Of a stretch of 58,144 nt of DNA, positions 54,616 to 58,144 are shown one piece after another; positions within the stretch are counted from its first letter, which is position 1, and each line of letters begins with the position of its first letter. The translations under genes were made by a program, and so were the position numbers. Under the pieces are notes generated by a model that saw only the letters and a list, made by a program, of their open reading frames with translations, was not told the DNA's origin and made no database searches. Source of the stretch: Phycisphaerae bacterium (GTDB taxonomy: Bacteria > Planctomycetota > Phycisphaerae > UBA1845); NCBI GenBank assembly GCA_028282665.1, contig JANQHN010000321.1, positions 1 to 58,144 on the forward strand. Direction: 5' to 3'.

Positions 54616-54903
54616 TTAACCTACCGTAACGGCGGATCCTGGTTCGGCTGGCCGAGCGCCGTTCGGATCGGCTGCACCGCCACTCGAATCCTCCTTGCCG
54701 CCATCACGCAGGTAATCAGGCCTGGAAAGCCAACCCGTTGTCAGGAAGCCTATGGAATACAGAAGCAAAAACACACCGAAAATATGACGTTGGAAAGTCA
54801 CAACATAAAAAACCAGACTGGAAAGTGCATAGACACCGAGCAGCAGTTCGATCACCCACAGATTGTCACACGCCGGCCGGTAACTGCTTCGGCGGCGTTT
54901 CAC
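54616..54903 (-). CDS. small two-TM membrane protein
   Basis: 95 aa with two hydrophobic helices (LWVIELLLGVYALSSLVFYVV, IFGVFLLLYSIGFLTTGWL). It is tightly packed between two GT genes on the same strand (gaps of 45 and 10 nt). Confidence 0.5.
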   Translation of the reverse strand: MKRRRSSYRPACDNLWVIELLLGVYALSSLVFYVVTFQRHIFGVFLLLYSIGFLTTGWLSRPDYLRDGGKEDSSGGAADPNGARPAEPGSAVTVG

Positions 54904-54948
54904 ACTACTACCGGATTTGGGCGTACGAATGAACTCTCCGCCACGCAG

Positions 54949-56199
54949 CTATAAGCCGCGCAGCGCAGCCAACCCATTGTTCACGGACAAACCAAGACCA
55001 ACCGCCAGCATGATGGGAATCGTCCTGAATCCCGAGAATCCGCCGCCCACCGTCCACCGCGCGTACCCGTACACAGCCAGAGGTAAAATCGTCGCACAAA
55101 TGATCGCCGTCCAAATGATGGGAAGCCATCCGGTAAGTAACGGATGACCGTATGCGATGTAGACAAACACAGGCCAAGCAACCAACGCCACCAACAAAAC
55201 AAACACCGAGGTGAAATGGTTCGACAAATGAAACGCCGCTTCAAGCTTCTGGCCAAAAGACGTACGACTGGAAGGGCGCCAAATGGTAGGCAACAGCTTC
55301 ACGCCAACCTGCACAGCGCCCGTCGCCCAACGCCTCTGTTGACTCTTGAGCGCCTGAATCGTATTGGGCAACTCAGCCGGACATTCCAGATCGAAACAAT
55401 AATCCATCCGCCAACCCGCAAGCTGCGCCCGGTAGGACAGGTCCATATCCTCCACCAGCGTGTCGCCGCTCCATCCGCCTACTTTCGGGTCTTCAATCGC
55501 CTTGCGACGCCATAATCCCGCAGTACCGTTGAAATTCATAAACAAATTATTCCAAGCCCGCGCGCCCTGCTCGATCGCAAAGTGCACGTCAAGCCCGAGC
55601 GCCTGAGCGCGAGTAAGCAGCGTTTCGTGCTCGTTGAGGTGAGTCCACCTGCCCTGGACGCAAGCGAGGTTCTCCTCACTCAGCGCAATGGGAACACTCT
55701 TCAAAAGAAAGTCGGTCGGCGGCACGAAATCCGCGTCAAACATGGCGATGAATTCGCCGCGACAGCGAGCCACGCCATAAGCGAGCGCACCCGCCTTGTA
55801 TCCTTCGCGCGACGGGCGACGCACAACTTGGATGTCGAATCCGCTTGCCCGCAGTCGAGCCACCACCTGATCGACAACGACAACGCAATCATCCGTGCTG
55901 TCATCAAGCACTTGAATTTCGTGCTTATCTTTGGGGTAATCCATCGCCGCCACCGCTTCGATCAAACGACGGGCTACGTCTTTTTCGTTGTAAATCGGCA
56001 ATTGAGTCGTAACCGCAGGCCAATCTGCCCGAGGCGTTCGGGCGAATAAATCTATAGAGTCTTGCTGCCTGCGAGCAGCGTGCCGACGCTTGCGGCGAAA
56101 AAGATAAACCAGCACGTACAGATGACACCCGTAAACGCTTAACACCGCCATCGAAGAAGCAAACAGGATAAAAACAAACCATGCGGCGAATGAATACAC
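54949..56199 (-). CDS. processive-type family 2 glycosyltransferase (cellulose/chitin-synthase-like)
   Basis: 416 aa with an N-terminal TM, LPIYNE, VLDDSTD, MFDADF, VEDMDLS, QQRRWATG (QxxRW) and C-terminal TM helices. Confidence 0.85.
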   Translation of the reverse strand: MYSFAAWFVFILFASSMAVLSVYGCHLYVLVYLFRRKRRHAARRQQDSIDLFARTPRADWPAVTTQLPIYNEKDVARRLIEAVAAMDYPKDKHEIQVLDDSTDDCVVVVDQVVARLRASGFDIQVVRRPSREGYKAGALAYGVARCRGEFIAMFDADFVPPTDFLLKSVPIALSEENLACVQGRWTHLNEHETLLTRAQALGLDVHFAIEQGARAWNNLFMNFNGTAGLWRRKAIEDPKVGGWSGDTLVEDMDLSYRAQLAGWRMDYCFDLECPAELPNTIQALKSQQRRWATGAVQVGVKLLPTIWRPSSRTSFGQKLEAAFHLSNHFTSVFVLLVALVAWPVFVYIAYGHPLLTGWLPIIWTAIICATILPLAVYGYARWTVGGGFSGFRTIPIMLAVGLGLSVNNGLAALRGL

Positions 56200-56733
56200 G
56201 GTGTAAGTGCTCGCTTGAAGTGAGGCCTGCCGCGCCGAAACTCAGACCTGGATACGCTTCGTACGGCGCCGGCGTGACGCTTTGGGGCCCACCTAGCGCC
56301 CCGATTCAACTCATCCCCTAATCCCGGAACCTCGAAGTTCTATTCGTGGCTTGAGAAATGTTATTGAAGCTGATGCTCCAGGCACCTCGAAAAACCTGTG
56401 CCGCTGGATCGAATCCATTCACACATGATTTATTGCCCGAATTCACAACATCTAAACTATAGATGGGGCAAGAGACAGCGTCAACAAAACGAGACAATTG
56501 CACGGTTTCTTACGGCCTAATCATAAGCATCGCATTTCTGCGAAATCGAGCACCGAACCAGATGAATCCCAACTTGCATTACTGATAATAGTAAAGTGCA
56601 CATCGTACCGGTCATACTCGGCTACTCCGGACTTGCAATGTCGCATTGAGTTTCTCTGGCCTCAATTTTGTCAAACCGCGAGTGCTTCCTAAAATCCACT
56701 ACGGTCCGCAGCGAAACTGCACAGAGAAACAAT

Positions 56734-57756
56734 ATGACCACATGCAACGATGCCAGTGAACTTGCCAACTCCCCCCCTACCAACGTCATCAAGAACGACG
56801 ACTTTGACCCCCGAATTCTAGAAAAAGGCATCGACGCAGGCCTGGGTGCTTTGTCACTTGACGCCGTCCAAGTCAACATCGGCTTGAAGTGCGACCTTGA
56901 GTGCGAACATTGTCACGTGGCGTCTTCACCCCGGCGTACGGAGACCATGGATTGGCCGACGATGGCAGCGGTAATCGACGCAGCAAAGCGCGCCGGAACC
57001 CGTTGTGTGGACATCACCGGCGGCGCGCCGGAATTAAACCCAAACTTCAAACGATTCGTCGCAGCGCTGTGCGAACTCAACATCGACGTGATGGTTCGAA
57101 CAAACCTTACCGCCTTTCTCGAGCCCGGCATGGAAAATATGCCCGAATTTTATCGAGATCATCAAGTGCATCTTGTCGCATCATTACCCTGCTATACGGA
57201 AGAAAACGTCGATAAGCAACGTGGTCATCGCGTGTTCGAGCGAAACGTTAAAGCGTTACAGTTGCTGAACAAACTTGGGTACGGGCAAAAGCCGCAATTA
57301 GCTTTGGACTTGGTATACAATCCGGGCGGGCCTTCCCTACCACCGGACCAGGAAAACTTGGAAAAAGACTATCGACGAATGCTGGACAAGCAATTCAACC
57401 TGTCGTTCACTCGACTCTTGACTATCACGAACATGCCAATAGGTCGATTTCGCGCAGATCTTAAGCGCGACGGTCGATTGGAAGCCTACGAAACTCTCTT
57501 GCGTGACGCATTCAACCCTGCAACCTTGGAAGGCCTGATGTGCCGTCACCAAATAAGCGTCCGGTGGGACGGAGTGCTGTTCGATTGCGATTTCAACCTT
57601 GCGCTGAAGATGCCGGCATGCAACGAGCAAGGACAGTCATTGCACATTCGCGACTTCAACCCCACCACCCTGCTAGCACGCCACATTCAAACAGGGACGC
57701 ATTGTTTTGGATGCACCGCCGGTTGCGGCTCATCCTGTGGCGGTGCGTTGGCTTGA
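56734..57756 (+). CDS. arsS: ArsS-type radical SAM / Cys-rich domain protein (TIGR04167-like)
   Basis: 340 aa from ATG 56734. Has LKCDLECEHCHV (CxxxCxxC), DITGGAPELNP, ASLPCY..NVDKQRG, LVYNPGG.SLPP.Q..LE.DY, TNMPIGRF, DCDFN and the terminal HCFGCTAGCGSSCGGAL. Confidence 0.85.
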   Translation: MTTCNDASELANSPPTNVIKNDDFDPRILEKGIDAGLGALSLDAVQVNIGLKCDLECEHCHVASSPRRTETMDWPTMAAVIDAAKRAGTRCVDITGGAPELNPNFKRFVAALCELNIDVMVRTNLTAFLEPGMENMPEFYRDHQVHLVASLPCYTEENVDKQRGHRVFERNVKALQLLNKLGYGQKPQLALDLVYNPGGPSLPPDQENLEKDYRRMLDKQFNLSFTRLLTITNMPIGRFRADLKRDGRLEAYETLLRDAFNPATLEGLMCRHQISVRWDGVLFDCDFNLALKMPACNEQGQSLHIRDFNPTTLLARHIQTGTHCFGCTAGCGSSCGGALA

Positions 57757-57802
57757 CGAAGGCGACAAAAATAATCGGTACCGTCACCGAAGCAGCATTT
57801 CT

Positions 57803-58144
57803 TCATTTCTTGCCCTTGGCACGCTGCTCTGCAAAAAAACCTCGCAGCAGTGACGCGCATGACTCTTCCAAAACACCGCCCTTAACGGCAAGGCGATGGT
57901 TGAGACGCTCGTCCGAAGTGATTTGATAGAGTGTTTCACACGCTCCCGCTTTAGGATCCCACGCACCGAAAACCACCCGATCCATCCTCGACAACACAAG
58001 TGCTCCTGCACACATGGGGCAGGGTTCGAGTGTGACATACATCGTACAGCCTTCCAGGTGCCAGCTACCCATGCCATTCGCCGCTGCGGTGATCGCCAGG
58101 ATCTCGGCGTGCGCTGTCGGGTCCTGCAATCGCTGCCGCTGATT
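57803..58144 (-). CDS. tadA: tRNA adenosine(34) deaminase TadA (N-terminus beyond window end)
   Basis: [11 protein letters not shown]...[32 protein letters not shown] carries the HAE and PCxxC zinc motifs. The reading frame continues to the window edge. Confidence 0.85.
   Translation of the reverse strand, partial: NQRQRLQDPTAHAEILAITAAANGMGSWHLEGCTMYVTLEPCPMCAGALVLSRMDRVVFGAWDPKAGACETLYQITSDERLNHRLAVKGGVLEESCASLLRGFFAEQRAKGKK

Noticed and set aside
57754-57756. The TGA ending arsS, considered as a Sec codon because this family has selenoprotein members.
   Set aside because: All family Cys positions are already encoded as Cys (GCTAGCGSSCGGAL). Read-through would add only five residues (RRRQK) before TAA.

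Overview
This is a chromosomal segment from a moderately GC-rich bacterium. Its gene content points to Planctomycetota or a related PVC lineage (inference): a giant Sec-anchored surface protein, a PEP-CTERM protein, several Hanks-type Ser/Thr kinases with an FHA partner, a MoxR/Bat operon, and lipoproteins with N/D-rich linkers. I support about 40 protein genes. I saw no rRNA, tRNA, CRISPR array or transposase. Housekeeping genes are infA, efp, an Hsp20 gene and a partial tadA. Five things stand out. (1) At 15.2-21.5 kb a co-directional cluster encodes three ESCRT-III/Snf7-like coiled-coil proteins, PspC and a Vps4/CdvC-like MIT+AAA ATPase. It is preceded by a zinc-ribbon Ser/Thr kinase and a TM zinc-ribbon protein, and looks like a bacterial Cdv/ESCRT-like membrane-remodelling system. 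(2) At 14157-14930 a thioredoxin-fold lipoprotein frame is interrupted only by an in-frame TGA inside a U-G-Y-C redox motif, with a hairpin 11 nt downstream. This is a candidate selenoprotein plus bSECIS. (3) At 33910-49398 a 5162-aa teneurin-like surface protein has nested PKD/lectin modules, 15 cadherin-like repeats, an RHS/YD shell and an unrecognised C-terminal domain with no immunity gene. It sits behind a roughly 0.9-kb AT-richer non-coding leader. (4) A complete MoxR-DUF58-BatA-E operon is present. (5) An arsS-type radical SAM gene lies divergent from a four-gene glycosyltransferase operon that includes a fused DUF2064+GT2 protein. All family assignments are by-eye motif and consensus recognition; no searches were run.
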